Shown piece by piece: positions 28,280 to 38,751 of a stretch of 64,000 nucleotides of DNA (within the stretch, counting starts at the first letter, position 1; the number at the start of each line of letters is the position of its first letter). Position numbers and translations under genes: made by a program. The DNA comes from a virus. The stretch is from UHGV virus genome UHGV-1455077. One strand, given 5' to 3'. The notes under the pieces were generated by a model, which saw only the letters and a list, made by a program, of their open reading frames with translations, did not search any database and was not told the origin of the DNA.

Positions 28280-29015
28280 TAAAGCAAAATTAGTTAATGC
28301 TCCCTTAAACATTAACGATATGGATGAAGACTTAGAATCAAAAACTGTTTATGTATTTGATTATTCTAAGTCTTCATTACAAGGTTTAGATTTTTTAAAT
28401 TACATTAAAAATACAAGTGTTGTGTCAGATATTTTTATTTCTGCCGATGTGCCAACATTTACAAAAAATACATTATTAGAATCCTATATGAAATCATCAA
28501 CATTTTATCATATAACTTCATTTAATTTAACAATATTAAATATGATTTATATTATAAAAAAATCTAAAAAAAGAATAACTTGTACATTTTTTTCAGAAGA
28601 AGAATCTAATCAATTTATTAATACACATTCAGACTTACTAAATGAATGGATAAACGTGTATGATTCATTATTTGCTTATATGTTAATTTTATCTTCTATG
28701 GATAAAAATGATATTTTTAATAATGATAAAATTCGTTCTTTTTATGATGCTGATAAAATGAATAACAATTCATCATTATCTCCAAATGTTATGTCTTTAC
28801 TTCTTGATGATGTATTTTATTACTATTATGAAGATGGTATTAATCGTTCAAATGTATCATACTATAAAAAATATTTTGAAGAAAAATTATATGACAATAA
28901 ATCATTACAAATGATTTTATTAAATGATGCTAATTTTATTTTTAAAATATTATATGATATGGTTCATAATGATGAATTTAGTAAATATTTAGAAAATCAT
29001 CCAAATCTAAAATAA
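28269..29015 (+). CDS. hypothetical protein translationally coupled to the radical SAM gene
   Basis: 248-aa ORF overlapping the upstream gene by 11 nt. Confidence 0.5.
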   Translation: MTSNKAKLVNAPLNINDMDEDLESKTVYVFDYSKSSLQGLDFLNYIKNTSVVSDIFISADVPTFTKNTLLESYMKSSTFYHITSFNLTILNMIYIIKKSKKRITCTFFSEEESNQFINTHSDLLNEWINVYDSLFAYMLILSSMDKNDIFNNDKIRSFYDADKMNNNSSLSPNVMSLLLDDVFYYYYEDGINRSNVSYYKKYFEEKLYDNKSLQMILLNDANFIFKILYDMVHNDEFSKYLENHPNLK

Positions 29016-30422
29016 ACTTAATACCGAGTCCATAGATATATTTGTTGTATTAGTAATTTTTCCAATAATTGAAGATGGGTCATCAACCACTTTTAGAATA
29101 TATTTGCCTTTATCTTCCGACTCATTGTAATTTTCTATGGTTTTTTGTACTTGTAATACAAAATTTGTTTCATCTGCAAAACCTAATTTACGAGCTGTAT
29201 CAAGTAATTGAGATTTAAATTTATCCCAACGTTCTTCACTTGGAGCATCTAAAATACCTTTAATAAATGATACTGCGTTTTCAACAGTAAATTGAACGCC
29301 TTCTTTATATCTTTTATTTAAAAATGTTGCCATATTACCAGTAATTGATGAATTTATCATTGCTTTAAGATATGATTTACTTTCTTCACTTCCAAAAGTT
29401 GTTGTATAAGGTTCAACATCTAATAAATCATTTGTTATTCCTTCAAATTTAAAAGTAATATTAATTTCATTTGGTGCCCAACTACCAATTTTTCCTGTAC
29501 CAAAATCTATTGATGTAATTTTTGGATTCATATATGTATAAACCATCATTTTATCCATATACATTTCAATAACAGATATTTTATCAATGAAATTAAAATA
29601 ACTATCTAAATTCCATCCCCAATGAGTTGGGTCAGTATCAAATTTATGTAATAATATTTCCTTATTATAATCATTATAATCTTTACATAAAAATGTATCG
29701 TTAATTACTTTTAAATACGCAAAGAAAAATTGCTGAACTGGATTTTCTTTAACATCATAAAAAGAAATATTTAAATCACCATATGATAATTTTTCATTAA
29801 CTAAACGTGGACGATTATATTCATTAAATTGTTTAACTTCTATATCAATTTTTGGTTTACTAACTGTTTTAACAAATTTTGATAATTCAAATGATAATTG
29901 CTTTAATAAAAATTTATCAGGTAAATAATCTGCATTTGTTTCGGCATCAACATCTGCATTAAGACCTAATGCTCCACTAACCGCATCAGTAACTCCTTTT
30001 TTTAAATTTGAAAGAGAATTAGAAACTGATGAAATCGTATCAGATATACTATCTGATATTGTATCAAAAAATCCTTTATTCTTGCTTTCAGAAACAGAAT
30101 TTTGATAAGATTCAGATGCATCAGTTGAAGATTGTTGTGCAGAAAGTCTTGTTAAGTATTCAATTAATGATTTTTTTTGATTTATTAATGTTTGAATATT
30201 TGGATTTAATGAAAAATAAACAAAAAACATTGTTTCTGGTTTTGGTAAATTTGGAATTGGTGCTTTTGTTTGATATTTCTTTTGACCTTCCAAATTTGTA
30301 TATTCTGGAACAAAATCTTGACCATAAACGGTGCTGATATAATCAACACCACTTACTGCTTTTACAACGTTTGAATTATATAATTTATTAGTAACACCAC
30401 TAATTAATGATTCTATTCCCAT
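29007..30422 (-). CDS. hypothetical protein
   Basis: 471-aa ORF with a late motif 26 nt upstream. Confidence 0.5.
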   Translation of the reverse strand: MGIESLISGVTNKLYNSNVVKAVSGVDYISTVYGQDFVPEYTNLEGQKKYQTKAPIPNLPKPETMFFVYFSLNPNIQTLINQKKSLIEYLTRLSAQQSSTDASESYQNSVSESKNKGFFDTISDSISDTISSVSNSLSNLKKGVTDAVSGALGLNADVDAETNADYLPDKFLLKQLSFELSKFVKTVSKPKIDIEVKQFNEYNRPRLVNEKLSYGDLNISFYDVKENPVQQFFFAYLKVINDTFLCKDYNDYNKEILLHKFDTDPTHWGWNLDSYFNFIDKISVIEMYMDKMMVYTYMNPKITSIDFGTGKIGSWAPNEINITFKFEGITNDLLDVEPYTTTFGSEESKSYLKAMINSSITGNMATFLNKRYKEGVQFTVENAVSFIKGILDAPSEERWDKFKSQLLDTARKLGFADETNFVLQVQKTIENYNESEDKGKYILKVVDDPSSIIGKITNTTNISMDSVLSLF

Positions 30423-30443
30423 AAATAAATCTCCATTTTCTAT

Positions 30444-30456
30444 TATAAATATTTAT
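30444..30456. promoter_or_regulatory. divergent late-promoter core, palindromic (TATAAATATTTAT)
   Basis: The plus strand reads TATAAATAT toward 30492, and the minus strand reads ATAAATAT 26 nt before the ATG at 30422. The two divergent genes share one AT palindrome. Confidence 0.45.
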
Positions 30457-30491
30457 GTATTTTATATAAACTATATTTTTAAGGATAATTT

Positions 30492-30977
30492 ATGGCAAAT
30501 AAGAAGAAACTTGATGATGAATTTAATATTCTTACATCTTCAGAAATTAAACAAGCAAACGATATTGCCGCCGCATTAAGTGTTATCAATAAAGAAAATA
30601 TTGTAACAGAAATTGAACCAATGGAAATTAAAAAATTTATTGTTCAGCAAAATGAAAATATTAAAGATTTATCAAAATTATCATTAGAAGAAAAAACCGA
30701 AGTTGAATTAGACACAATTGCTAATCAAGCTGACCAAGCATTTGTTGATTTAATGGATATAGCATTAAATACTCAAGGTAAAGCCTGTGGAGATATTGCT
30801 TCTGCCGCTAATAATTTTTTAACAATTAAATTAAATTCTAAATTAGCAAAATTAGATGCTAAAATGAAAAAACTTAATTATGATTTAAATAAACAAAAAT
30901 TTGAAGCAAGTTTAAATAAACACAATGACGATGAAGACGATGATGAAGATGATGGTATTCAAATTATAAATGTTTAA
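30492..30977 (+). CDS. hypothetical coiled-coil protein with an acidic C-terminus
   Basis: 161-aa ORF with RBS TAAGGATAATTT. Confidence 0.5.
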   Translation: MANKKKLDDEFNILTSSEIKQANDIAAALSVINKENIVTEIEPMEIKKFIVQQNENIKDLSKLSLEEKTEVELDTIANQADQAFVDLMDIALNTQGKACGDIASAANNFLTIKLNSKLAKLDAKMKKLNYDLNKQKFEASLNKHNDDEDDDEDDGIQIINV

Positions 30978-31000
30978 AGGTGTCGAAAACGACACCTTTA
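30975..31000. terminator. hairpin between convergent genes
   Basis: AAAGGTGTCG-aaaa-CGACACCTTT has a perfect 10-bp stem. The flanking T-runs are weak. Confidence 0.5.
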
Positions 31001-31003
31001 AAC

Positions 31004-32026
31004 TTAATTTTCCATTATTTCATAATTATCAGAATTTTCTTCAATATCTTCTGACTCATCAACAATTTCATTTCCGTCATCATCATATAATATATTTTTA
31101 AATTCTTCTTCTAACTGCTCATTAAATGTTGGATTATATCCAATTTCTTGCATCAATTTAGATTTTATTCTTCGTTGTGTTTTTTCAGAATTTAATGTAG
31201 CTGTAAATTTATTTGATGCCACTTGTGTTAAATATGAAAATACATTATTAGATTTTGATTCCTCAAATTTTAATGCCACATCGCATAAATGAACCAATGC
31301 AGAGCCTTTCATATCATCTAAATATGTATATCCAGACCAATTTCCTGATTTTGCAAATTGGTCAACCAGCATAATAATCATATATACTAAGCCATCACTC
31401 AAACGTCCTTGAGATATATCAAAATGACCGCTTTCAATAGTATCTCCTTTCCAATGTGACCTTAAAACTTCTTTAGCATCTTTTAAAATATCTGTTGAAA
31501 ATGTTTCAGATAATTTTTTAATTTCATTTGTTAAATTTTCAATGTTTTCTTTACATAATTTATTATTTTCTTTAAACGGTATTTGTTTATCTTTTGTTTG
31601 TTGATTTAATCTTATATTCCGATTATTATCCTTAATTTTTTCTTTTAAATTTGAAATTTTTAAATTTAATTCATCAATTTTATTCAAATTACTTCCAAAA
31701 TTTTCAAAAGTTTTTTCAAAATCATCTTTATCAATTAAAAAATGTTTAAATGGCGACATTTTAAGTTCTTGTAAATTAACTTTACCATTCTTACAATATG
31801 GTAAAACGTGTTCATTCGTCATCACTCTAATTATAATATATGAACTATTTGGATTTTTCTTGAAAAAATCATTCATAATATTCGGCGTAATTAAATTATA
31901 ATCCTCACATATAATATCATATTGTCCATATTCAGGTTTTTCATAACAACAATATGTTAATTTTGATTTATGTACTTCTTCCAGCAAATTGGAATTTTTT
32001 AAAAAATAACGTTTCTCATTTTGCAT
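31004..32026 (-). CDS. hypothetical protein
   Basis: 340-aa ORF. Confidence 0.5.
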   Translation of the reverse strand: MQNEKRYFLKNSNLLEEVHKSKLTYCCYEKPEYGQYDIICEDYNLITPNIMNDFFKKNPNSSYIIIRVMTNEHVLPYCKNGKVNLQELKMSPFKHFLIDKDDFEKTFENFGSNLNKIDELNLKISNLKEKIKDNNRNIRLNQQTKDKQIPFKENNKLCKENIENLTNEIKKLSETFSTDILKDAKEVLRSHWKGDTIESGHFDISQGRLSDGLVYMIIMLVDQFAKSGNWSGYTYLDDMKGSALVHLCDVALKFEESKSNNVFSYLTQVASNKFTATLNSEKTQRRIKSKLMQEIGYNPTFNEQLEEEFKNILYDDDGNEIVDESEDIEENSDNYEIMEN

Positions 32027-32096
32027 AATAATCCTTTATCAATATTTAAATTTTATTGATATTATAACATATATATAATTTTTATCAAATATTTAA

Positions 32097-32372
32097 TTAA
32101 AATAGTAATGAATATACGATACCAGAAGTTTGTTTGTAATGACCATTAATATCTTTCCACTTATAACCATCACATAATTGTAAACATTGATGGTCTTCAT
32201 TAAAACGAATAGCACCTTTGTAATTTTGATTTGGTTCTATTTCCTGTGAATTACCTAATTCATCCAAATAAGTACCATCACCAACCTTTAATGCCCCTTT
32301 ATCTGTAATTTGAATTAAGGTATCATCATCAGTAATAATTGTACTATTTTTATGATTTATATTTATAGCCAT
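32097..32372 (-). CDS. hypothetical small protein
   Basis: 91-aa ORF placed immediately after the 291-aa gene (2-nt gap). Confidence 0.4.
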   Translation of the reverse strand: MAININHKNSTIITDDDTLIQITDKGALKVGDGTYLDELGNSQEIEPNQNYKGAIRFNEDHQCLQLCDGYKWKDINGHYKQTSGIVYSLLF

Positions 32373-32373
32373 C

Positions 32374-33249
32374 TTAAACCTTTACAATTTCAATATCTAA
32401 TTCCCATTCTACCCAATCCATTTCTGGAGTAACTAATGGATTATCTGTACCAACACCAGAAACGGTAATCATTAACCGATTATCAAAAATAGTTGGTTCA
32501 ATTACCCAATTTAATGCTTGTCCAGATGTTTTACCAATAGTTTCATAATTTGGTTGTCCAACAATAATAACTTCATTTGCACCATTTGATAATTTATAAG
32601 ATTCAACAAGTAATCTAATAATCCAAGAAGCAGTTTCAGGATTTCTTATACCAAATTCAGGATTTGAACCCTTATCCATTTTTTCTTTTGCAACAGCTTT
32701 AATAGTTACTAAATTTGCAGATTCTTCTTGTATATCAATTTGTATGTTTGAACTTGTTATATCACTTGTTGATTCTAAAATCGTTGAAATATTTTCTTTA
32801 TTATAAAAATTTTGTGGGCCAATTAAAACCCAACCACCATTATCACCAACAGTATCATCATAAACATAAAATTTCTTTTCTTCTTTGTTATAATAAATAT
32901 CACCTGCTTGATGGGCGCCAGAATCATCAAAATTAATAGATAAGATTTTTTTCCAACGTTCAGATTCAACATCCGAAGTTTCATTTACACACATATATAA
33001 ACCATTATAATCACTATCAATTCTAAAACATAACATACCAACAACAGGGTCTGATGGAAATTTTTCATTTGCAAAATTTTCAACTAAATGAAAAAAGTTA
33101 TTAGATTGGTCTTCACCATAATCAGCCGATAATTTACCAATCAATGATAAGTATGAAGAATTTTTATCTAATACATTGATAATTTTACTATCAGGTATTA
33201 AACCTTGTGAGTATTGTGAGCCATTTGTTCTTGTAATTTGATATGTCAT
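32374..33249 (-). CDS. hypothetical protein (structural module)
   Basis: 291-aa ORF. Confidence 0.5.
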   Translation of the reverse strand: MTYQITRTNGSQYSQGLIPDSKIINVLDKNSSYLSLIGKLSADYGEDQSNNFFHLVENFANEKFPSDPVVGMLCFRIDSDYNGLYMCVNETSDVESERWKKILSINFDDSGAHQAGDIYYNKEEKKFYVYDDTVGDNGGWVLIGPQNFYNKENISTILESTSDITSSNIQIDIQEESANLVTIKAVAKEKMDKGSNPEFGIRNPETASWIIRLLVESYKLSNGANEVIIVGQPNYETIGKTSGQALNWVIEPTIFDNRLMITVSGVGTDNPLVTPEMDWVEWELDIEIVKV

Positions 33250-33283
33250 ATTTAATCCTATTATTTCTTATAATTATTTACCA

Positions 33284-36200
33284 CTACTCACCTATTCTGA
33301 TATTATGTTCTGTAATTTTTGTAATAATTTGAACATCATCAATAGATGCAGATGATAATAAAATTTCATCTTCTTCACATTCAATTTCAAATAAATTACC
33401 AAATTTATCATTTGAATATGTTGGAACAATAACAACAGTACCAATGTTTTGTTGTAATTTTTGATGAATATAAGTTGATAATTGAGTGAAAAAGAACTTT
33501 TCTCCTGCTTCCATAGTTGCAAAAAATTCATCAATTGCTTGGATAATTTGTTGCTTAATTTCATTATCACTCATAGTTGTTGTTTCATTTTTAATAACTC
33601 TGAAATTAGCTTTATATTCATTATCAGATTCATTACCAAATAAAACTTTATAACTGATTGGATGCCATACCATTGTATCTGACACCATACAATAATTTTC
33701 TAATTCAGCAAATAATGATTTTAATTCATATGCAGATGGTAATTTAGGGAATGTACCTTTTTTACCATTATTTAACCATTCTTGAACAGATTCATAATAT
33801 GTATTAGTTAATACAAACATATCCATAATATTTGTTGGACAAGGGTCAATTACATATGATGAAGATGCATAATGCTTCCATAAGAACAATAAATTATCAA
33901 TACCAGTTCTAATATAATAACTGTCATCACTATATCTATCCATAGTTTTATACATTGAATTCCAATAAACTAATTGTGAGCCAATTTCAATATCAGAAAC
34001 TAATGTCGTATTGCCTTCAATATCTGTTGTCCATTCAACTTCGTGTCCATCATAAACAACATCGACATCATATTTTTCACCTTTATTAAATGTAAATGGA
34101 TTTGAAGGTGTCCATTCATATGTAACACCATTAGATAATTTAACTTTTTTACTAACAGTTACAGAAACTGGTAAAATTGTACCAGCAGGAAAAATTGTTC
34201 CACCTGTTTGACAATAATATAAACTTGATTCAGTTGTATGACCCCATAAACTATCAATTTCTTGAACTGAACTATTAAATGAACCATATTCATCACTTGT
34301 TTTTAAGAAAAACAAGTTTTTTTCACCAATAGAAGTTATTTCACTAAATTGACGAGGATTTTCACTTGAAGAATCTTTATCTAAATCATAACTTGAAACT
34401 TTAAATTGATAAGGGTCAGTATAACCATCTGGATATTTTATTGTTTCAATTGGTTTCCAAAAATAATCTTCTGCTAAATTTTTATTATTATTTGAATTTG
34501 TTTTTAAAACTTTAATATAATCACTTGTAACAAATGATGCGTTATCATCACTTTTATCATTTGTATTAAAGAAGAAGGCAACTTTTTTATCTGAACCAAA
34601 AATATAATCTAAATATCTAATTGTATAAGTCCAATATTGTGAAGACTCATATCTAATTTTCATTATCCAGTTTTTATATAATCCAGATTCAGTATATGGA
34701 TTTTCATAATCAAAACTTATAGAATCATCGGCTAATGTTTCATAATCTAAAACATCCCAACGTTGATTTATATAATCATATGATAAACCAAAAGAAACTT
34801 TATCTTCAATTTTATTTGAAATTTCATAACGAGCTTGAGCATTTAAAATTGTTGAAAATACTCTGTAACCGCCTTTAGCATACCATTTATAATTTGGGTC
34901 TAATACTTCATTAATTGTAATTGAATATTCTTCTTCACTTTCATCACTTGTTACAATATCTAAAATTTTTGCCCAAATTTCACCATCATATCCATCTGCT
35001 TGGAATTTAATCATATATCCAACTTGCATTTGTTTTAATATTTCAGATTTTGGAACAACAACGCCAGTTGCTAAAGATTCTTCACTAATATCAACCATAA
35101 ATCTACCAACTGAACTATTTAAACCAGTTGTATAAGTTTCATTCCAAAATATTTCTTTTGATGAATAAGAATAAGAATTTTCTGGATAATATGAATAAAA
35201 GAAATTATTCAAACTATTAGATGATAATAATGTTTCTATCATATTAATAATTTGTGTTGTATTTGTTGTATCTTCAATAGATGTTTCTGTCATATATAAA
35301 ACATCTTGTTTATAAACATATCCATCTTCTGCTAATATATTTAAATCTTGATATGTTCCTGTCGGGTCATTAAAGTTAATATAACGAGAATTACCTGAAT
35401 AAGTTCTATTAATAGCTTTCAATACTTTAACTTGTTGACCAATAGATTTTGGAAAATAATTATAATCTTGGGCAGTTACCATTCTATTTTGAGTTGAGTA
35501 TACTTGTGGTGCCCTTTCACGAATATATTCCATTGATTCTTGAGTTACTGACTGTCTAATATGTGAAGCATCAGTAATGCTAAATACAACAGTTAAATAA
35601 TATATATTATCATCAGATGTATTATTTGATTTATATGGAATTTTAATAGTTACATCTTGAATATCAGTTGGTTTTAAATATAAATTATCATTACCATTTG
35701 AAACACGATACCATAATTTAAATACGCCAACAGGAATAGTTCCAAATTTACCATCAGAAAATCTTAAAGTAATTCTATCATTTTCTCTTGTTTCAACTTT
35801 AAAAATATCTCTAATAGTTGTATCTGTATTATTATAAACAAGATATTCATTATTTGCTATCTTTGTCCATACATTTTTTACTAATCCAGTTGAAATATCT
35901 AATTCTTCAAACCATACATCATATTCATTAATATTATCTTTATTAACATCAATAAAATAGTTTTCAACTTTTTGTGAAATTACTTGATTTTCATATTGTA
36001 ATGTTCCTTGCTTCCAATAAACAAAGAAACCTGTATTATTTGACCCATTACCAGTTCCATCATTACGATATAATAAATGAAATGCCTGTTCAGGAATTGG
36101 TGTTCTTTCTTCAATTTGAGCTAAATCACTATTAATATCTGGATTAACAACTTCAAACTGTTGAGTTGTCGCATTAACTTGTGATGTAAAAGAAAATACA

Positions 36201-36775
36201 GTATTAGAAATTGTTGTTGTATTCATTTGATATAATTGTGTTGTAATATTATCAACTGTTTCTCTTTTTAATGGCTTTCCATAAGGATTATTTGATACAA
36301 ATGAAGCATTCATAACTGTTAAAAATTGTTCTAACCAGTCAGGATTTGATGCATCATTCCAAAGAATTGGTGTATCTTTTAAAATATTTCCTGATGTATC
36401 AGTAATATTTTGAGATGTTGTAATAGATTTAATTTTAGCAATACCTGTTGCACAAATATTTCTTTTTGGAGAATATGACAACATTTTAGTAAAATCTAAT
36501 AAAGATTGTCTTCTTTCCGTTGTTGATGGGAAAACATCGTGAGCATTTAAGTCAACACGATAATGGATTGATTCACCAAGATATGAAAGACCATTTGAAA
36601 ACATACCAACTTCAGATGATTCTGCCCAGTCATTATAATTTTCTGGGTTTTGACTTGCAATATAACGTCTGATAACATCTTTTAATGAATCAAAATCACC
36701 TGCAACAAAATTAACAACTGATTGATATTTTTCATAAACATCAGTCCAAGATTGTGCATAATTATTAATTGCCAT
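33284..36775 (-). CDS. large structural protein (1163 aa), baseplate wedge or fibre candidate
   Basis: ORF with RBS AAAGGA and a late motif upstream. Confidence 0.5.
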   Translation of the reverse strand: MAINNYAQSWTDVYEKYQSVVNFVAGDFDSLKDVIRRYIASQNPENYNDWAESSEVGMFSNGLSYLGESIHYRVDLNAHDVFPSTTERRQSLLDFTKMLSYSPKRNICATGIAKIKSITTSQNITDTSGNILKDTPILWNDASNPDWLEQFLTVMNASFVSNNPYGKPLKRETVDNITTQLYQMNTTTISNTVFSFTSQVNATTQQFEVVNPDINSDLAQIEERTPIPEQAFHLLYRNDGTGNGSNNTGFFVYWKQGTLQYENQVISQKVENYFIDVNKDNINEYDVWFEELDISTGLVKNVWTKIANNEYLVYNNTDTTIRDIFKVETRENDRITLRFSDGKFGTIPVGVFKLWYRVSNGNDNLYLKPTDIQDVTIKIPYKSNNTSDDNIYYLTVVFSITDASHIRQSVTQESMEYIRERAPQVYSTQNRMVTAQDYNYFPKSIGQQVKVLKAINRTYSGNSRYINFNDPTGTYQDLNILAEDGYVYKQDVLYMTETSIEDTTNTTQIINMIETLLSSNSLNNFFYSYYPENSYSYSSKEIFWNETYTTGLNSSVGRFMVDISEESLATGVVVPKSEILKQMQVGYMIKFQADGYDGEIWAKILDIVTSDESEEEYSITINEVLDPNYKWYAKGGYRVFSTILNAQARYEISNKIEDKVSFGLSYDYINQRWDVLDYETLADDSISFDYENPYTESGLYKNWIMKIRYESSQYWTYTIRYLDYIFGSDKKVAFFFNTNDKSDDNASFVTSDYIKVLKTNSNNNKNLAEDYFWKPIETIKYPDGYTDPYQFKVSSYDLDKDSSSENPRQFSEITSIGEKNLFFLKTSDEYGSFNSSVQEIDSLWGHTTESSLYYCQTGGTIFPAGTILPVSVTVSKKVKLSNGVTYEWTPSNPFTFNKGEKYDVDVVYDGHEVEWTTDIEGNTTLVSDIEIGSQLVYWNSMYKTMDRYSDDSYYIRTGIDNLLFLWKHYASSSYVIDPCPTNIMDMFVLTNTYYESVQEWLNNGKKGTFPKLPSAYELKSLFAELENYCMVSDTMVWHPISYKVLFGNESDNEYKANFRVIKNETTTMSDNEIKQQIIQAIDEFFATMEAGEKFFFTQLSTYIHQKLQQNIGTVVIVPTYSNDKFGNLFEIECEEDEILLSSASIDDVQIITKITEHNIRIGE

Positions 36776-36804
36776 TACTGTAATCCTTTAATATTCTAAT
36801 AATA

Positions 36805-36812
36805 ATATTTAT
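36805..36812 (-). promoter_or_regulatory. late-promoter-like motif (TATAAATAT)
   Basis: Minus strand reads TTTTATATAAATATTA, 29 nt before the ATG at 36775. Confidence 0.45.
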
Positions 36813-36814
36813 AT

Positions 36815-36850
36815 AAAAATAAACTCCCAATTTGTTATGGGAGTTTATTG
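36815..36850 (-). terminator. terminator hairpin after the acidic gene
   Basis: AAACTCCCA-atttgtta-TGGGAGTTT followed by an AT-rich run. Confidence 0.55.
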
Positions 36851-36865
36851 AATTTATTTTATTAA

Positions 36866-38656
36866 CTACTTACCTTTTTTAGCATCAAGTAACATTTTAC
36901 TTGCAGTTGAATAGCCAACACCTTCAAGAATTAATTTTTCAATATATCTTCTATCTAATTTTAACCAATCATTTGCATCATATTTTTTATACATTGATTT
37001 AGCTGTTTCATAAATAGATTTAATTTTTTTCTTATTAATTGTTGATTCAAAAGTCATTGTTAAAGGATTTTCTTTCATACCTTCAGATGCTTCTTTACCA
37101 AAAGTTGTTGTATCAACTTCGTGATAATCAGGTTCATTACCTTGTTCATTTTCATCATCATTTGCAAATAATGATTCATCTGTAACTAGTTCACCAACAT
37201 TAGTATTAACAGCAACATCATCATCAGCTTCATTAATTTGAACACCAGCATTTCTTAAAATAGCATTAATATGTTCATCTAATTCATCATCGGATAATTC
37301 AATTTGTATATCATCAGTTTCTTCTATATTATTTTCTTCAATTTCATCATTTTCATTAATTAATTCAAAGTCTTCAGGTAATGCATCATATTGGTTGCCA
37401 TCTTCAAATTCAATAACATAAGCTATACCACCAGTATCAAATAATTGTTGTCCAATTTCATAAATATCAATAATCTTTCCTGTCATTCCTTGAAAATCTT
37501 CTGCTGTATCTTTAATTCTAACAACATCTCCAACTTTTGGTTCATTATTATAATTTGATTCATCAGCTTCACCAACAATTTCTTCTGCATTTTCTTCTTG
37601 TTCAGAATCATCAACCATATCGTGAGCAAAATCTAATTGTGGAGTTTCTTCCAATGTACCATCATCATCAATAAAATCATCACCTGGTACATTTTCTTCT
37701 GATTCATTTAATTTATCAAAATTTAAATCTTCAACACCTGCAATATCAAATGTTTCACGCATTAACATTTCTAATTCTTCATCAATTTCTGAATCATTAA
37801 TTTTTTCAGAAGCAACAACTGTTGAATCCTTTTGAGAAGGGTCTAAAACAACATCTTCATCAACTTCATCATACATACCATTATCCATCATATCATCCAT
37901 TGACATATCTTCGGCTGGAATATTCATATCATCTGACGTTTCCATATCATTCATTGGTTCTTCCATTCCTGCATCAGAAACTTCTGCATCAACAATTTCA
38001 GTATCATTTGGTAATTCTTCATCAAAATTAATATCATCGCCTGAATCATCAAAAATAGATGATGGCATACCAATTTCCATTGAATCCATTGGTTCTTCTG
38101 GTTCTGTTGGTTCTTCCATTCCTGTATTATTCATCATAGGTTCATTTGCTATACCACCCATACTTAATGGGTCAGCAAGCATTGGGTCAGAAATTGTTGA
38201 GCTATTTTCAGCTTGACTTGCTAAAGATAACATTTGAGATAAAGCATCAGCATCTTCAGTTTCTAATCCATTAATAGAAATATTATATTGTGCTTCATTA
38301 AGTTTATTCATTTTATTCTCCGTAATTACTGGTGTTATTTCACTTTCAGATGCTGATATTTGTGTATTATCATCAGCATTTCTTAAAATAATATCACTTT
38401 TATTATTAATATTTATTACTTCATAATGATTTTCAAGTGAATCTCCGTTTAAAGTAACAATATCACCAACACGAATTTCTTCTGGTCTTATTGAATTATC
38501 TTTGACAGTTTTATCTGCTTTTTTATAAAATTCATTATATATTATATTTGGATTAATGTGATATTGTTGACATACAACTGAAATTGCTTGTGTAATTGAA
38601 GAACCATTATTAATCAATTCTTTAATTTCATTAAAAATATCTAATTTTATAGGCAT
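36866..38656 (-). CDS. hyper-acidic, Met-rich protein (596 aa)
   Basis: The central ~250 aa are dominated by D/E/M (DMETSDDMNIPAEDMSMDDMMDNGMYDEVDEDVV...). The termini are more ordinary, with VGDIV/VGDVV KOW-like motifs. RBS is AAAGGAATTTTTA. Confidence 0.5.
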   Translation of the reverse strand: MPIKLDIFNEIKELINNGSSITQAISVVCQQYHINPNIIYNEFYKKADKTVKDNSIRPEEIRVGDIVTLNGDSLENHYEVININNKSDIILRNADDNTQISASESEITPVITENKMNKLNEAQYNISINGLETEDADALSQMLSLASQAENSSTISDPMLADPLSMGGIANEPMMNNTGMEEPTEPEEPMDSMEIGMPSSIFDDSGDDINFDEELPNDTEIVDAEVSDAGMEEPMNDMETSDDMNIPAEDMSMDDMMDNGMYDEVDEDVVLDPSQKDSTVVASEKINDSEIDEELEMLMRETFDIAGVEDLNFDKLNESEENVPGDDFIDDDGTLEETPQLDFAHDMVDDSEQEENAEEIVGEADESNYNNEPKVGDVVRIKDTAEDFQGMTGKIIDIYEIGQQLFDTGGIAYVIEFEDGNQYDALPEDFELINENDEIEENNIEETDDIQIELSDDELDEHINAILRNAGVQINEADDDVAVNTNVGELVTDESLFANDDENEQGNEPDYHEVDTTTFGKEASEGMKENPLTMTFESTINKKKIKSIYETAKSMYKKYDANDWLKLDRRYIEKLILEGVGYSTASKMLLDAKKGK

Positions 38657-38684
38657 TAAAAATTCCTTTATTTTATAACTAAAA

Positions 38685-38692
38685 ATATTTAT
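38685..38692 (-). promoter_or_regulatory. late-promoter-like motif ATAAATAT
   Basis: 28 nt before the ATG at 38656. Confidence 0.4.
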
Positions 38693-38707
38693 TCAATATA
38701 TTTAAGT

Positions 38708-38716
38708 TATAAATAT
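38708..38716 (+). promoter_or_regulatory. late-promoter-like motif TATAAATAT
   Basis: 36 nt upstream of the ATG at 38752. It matches the T4 late consensus exactly. Confidence 0.4.
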
Positions 38717-38751
38717 AAACATAGGATATTCAATAAAAAGGTATTAAAAAT

